In this document: piece by piece, positions 63,197 through 64,000 of the stretch
How positions within the stretch are numbered: the first letter of the stretch is position 1
How the letters are laid out: every line of letters begins with the position of its first letter
DNA from: Escherichia coli
GTDB lineage: Bacteria; Pseudomonadota; Gammaproteobacteria; Enterobacterales; Enterobacteriaceae
Direction: 5' to 3' (one strand)
NCBI GenBank assembly: GCA_029351405.1
Contig: GCA_029351405.1_4841.1
Length of the DNA: 64,000 nt
Program-made: the position numbers and the translations under genes
The notes under the pieces: model-generated
Told to the model about the DNA's origin: nothing
The model's database searches: none
Seen by the model: only the letters and a program-made list of their open reading frames with translations

Positions 63197-63218
63197 GGTA
63201 TAGTTCCTGCATTTCAAA

Positions 63219-63241
63219 TAGACGGGGTAATCATACCCCGC
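63219..63241 (-). promoter_or_regulatory. GC-clamped hairpin (GGGGTA-loop-TACCCC) upstream of initiation cassette
   Basis: Same stem as hairpin at 62656..62677 with loop inverted; immediately 5' of the cassette for 62690..63196. Confidence 0.4.
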
Positions 63242-63302
63242 CCAAAGTTATAGAATTAACTGATGTGCTTCAGAAGAGCGAAGAGGATCGCGGCCTTGGC
63301 CT

Positions 63303-63494
63303 TTACCTTTCCCACGATACCTGTCTCGACATCAACTTCTTCAGCAACCCACTCTTTCCCTTCTTGCTGATGATAACGTCACGACGCTGTGCGTAGACTT
63401 CTTTGGTCGCATACACACGACGGAACCCTTTAGCGCGGAGCAAGCCCCAATTGCGATCAATTTCTACTGAGGTTTCTACCATTTTGTTCTTCAT
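63303..63494 (-). CDS. small basic protein
   Basis: 63 aa ORF preceded by TTGAAA-N3-AAGATTATAACATG; a second frame continues past its stop. Confidence 0.35.
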   Translation of the reverse strand: MKNKMVETSVEIDRNWGLLRAKGFRRVYATKEVYAQRRDVIISKKGKSGLLKKLMSRQVSWER

Positions 63495-63585
63495 GTTATA
63501 ATCTTACCTTTCAACCCGGTGAACCCATCGTTCGCCAGTTATTGAATAATAGGACATTCCTTAGAGGAAGTAAACCCCTAAAAGT

Positions 63586-63610
63586 AAAAATCCCCAACGT
63601 TTGTTGGGGA
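63586..63610 (-). terminator. rho-independent terminator
   Basis: TCCCCAAC-loop-GTTGGGGA hairpin followed by TTTTTACTTTT on minus strand, just after ACP-like gene stop. Confidence 0.5.
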
Positions 63611-63616
63611 CTTCTG

Positions 63617-63940
63617 TTATTTGCGCAGGGCAACTACGAGTTCAGCGAGTTCACCCATGGTCGGGTCATCACCTTTACTGCCCAGCCAACCATCGTCGAT
63701 TTCGACCTGAAACTCTTCTTCGAGGTCCATTACAATTTCGATAGCGTCCAGTTCATCACCGCCGAGGTCTTTCTTGGTACGGAGGCCAGCCAGCTTGTCC
63801 AGGGCGTCCTCGTTCTGAGATGCCACGTCGTCCAGCAATTTGCGCTTGTCATCGTCACGCCACAGATCCAAGTTCAGATTGTCAGTGGCGTACTGAGCCA
63901 GATGACGCATGACTTCAACATATGTTGGTTTGCTGCTCAT
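63617..63940 (-). CDS. acyl carrier protein-like protein
   Basis: C-terminal half matches ACP helix II region (LGGDELDAIEIVMDLEEEFQVEIDD) but has Glu where the phosphopantetheine-attachment Ser of DSL is expected. Confidence 0.55.
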   Translation of the reverse strand: MSSKPTYVEVMRHLAQYATDNLNLDLWRDDDKRKLLDDVASQNEDALDKLAGLRTKKDLGGDELDAIEIVMDLEEEFQVEIDDGWLGSKGDDPTMGELAELVVALRK

Positions 63941-64000
63941 GCTACTTCTCCCAAAGAATGGCGGGTTGCCCCGCCCGTTGGATTAGATTTTGATTTCTTT

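Noticed and set aside
1-64000. CRISPR array, integrase, transposase, rRNA or tRNA genes
   Set aside because: No regularly spaced direct repeats, no recombinase motifs, and no rRNA- or tRNA-like structures were found on manual scanning of intergenic regions.

Overview
This window reads as a contiguous piece of a large virulent tailed-phage genome with a T4-type core; no rRNA, tRNA, CRISPR array, integrase or transposase was found. Coding density is high and most genes lie on the minus strand. Family-level motifs support a replication/recombination/late-transcription set (gp32-like SSB, gp41-like DnaB helicase, gp61-like primase, gp59-like loader, UvsX, gp46/gp47, gp55-like late sigma, DNA ligase, RuvC-like resolvase, RNase HI, DinG-like helicase, HU), a nucleotide-metabolism set (NrdA/NrdB/redoxin, PhoH, dCMP deaminase, ThyA-family enzyme, dNMP kinase, P-loop kinase, metallophosphoesterase, QueC-like PP-loop ATPase), and virion/lysis genes (gp5-like and gp25-like baseplate proteins, gp29-like tape measure, gp4-like head completion protein, endolysin, lytic transglycosylase). 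T4-style late-promoter boxes (TATAAATA or TAAATA core) sit about 25-35 nt upstream of several structural genes, and two T4-early-type promoters drive standalone units. The most interesting candidates are: (1) a pyrimidine-modification block (ThyA-family enzyme, adjacent P-loop kinase, dNMP kinase, NTP pyrophosphatase) with uncharacterised neighbours, possibly a thymidine hypermodification pathway; (2) a lone QueC-like ATPase in an early operon; (3) an endolysin whose ribosome-binding site is locked in a hairpin overlapped by a late-promoter-like box, as in T4 gene e; (4) a recurrent translation-initiation cassette with conserved GC hairpins; (5) an ACP-like protein lacking the attachment serine; (6) a cluster of exported proteins. 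All calls are from manual motif reading without database searches. CDS coordinates are anchored to the supplied ORF track; hand-located promoters, terminators and hairpins are approximate to about +/-2 nt. A relationship to T4-like or Ackermannviridae-like phages is inference only.
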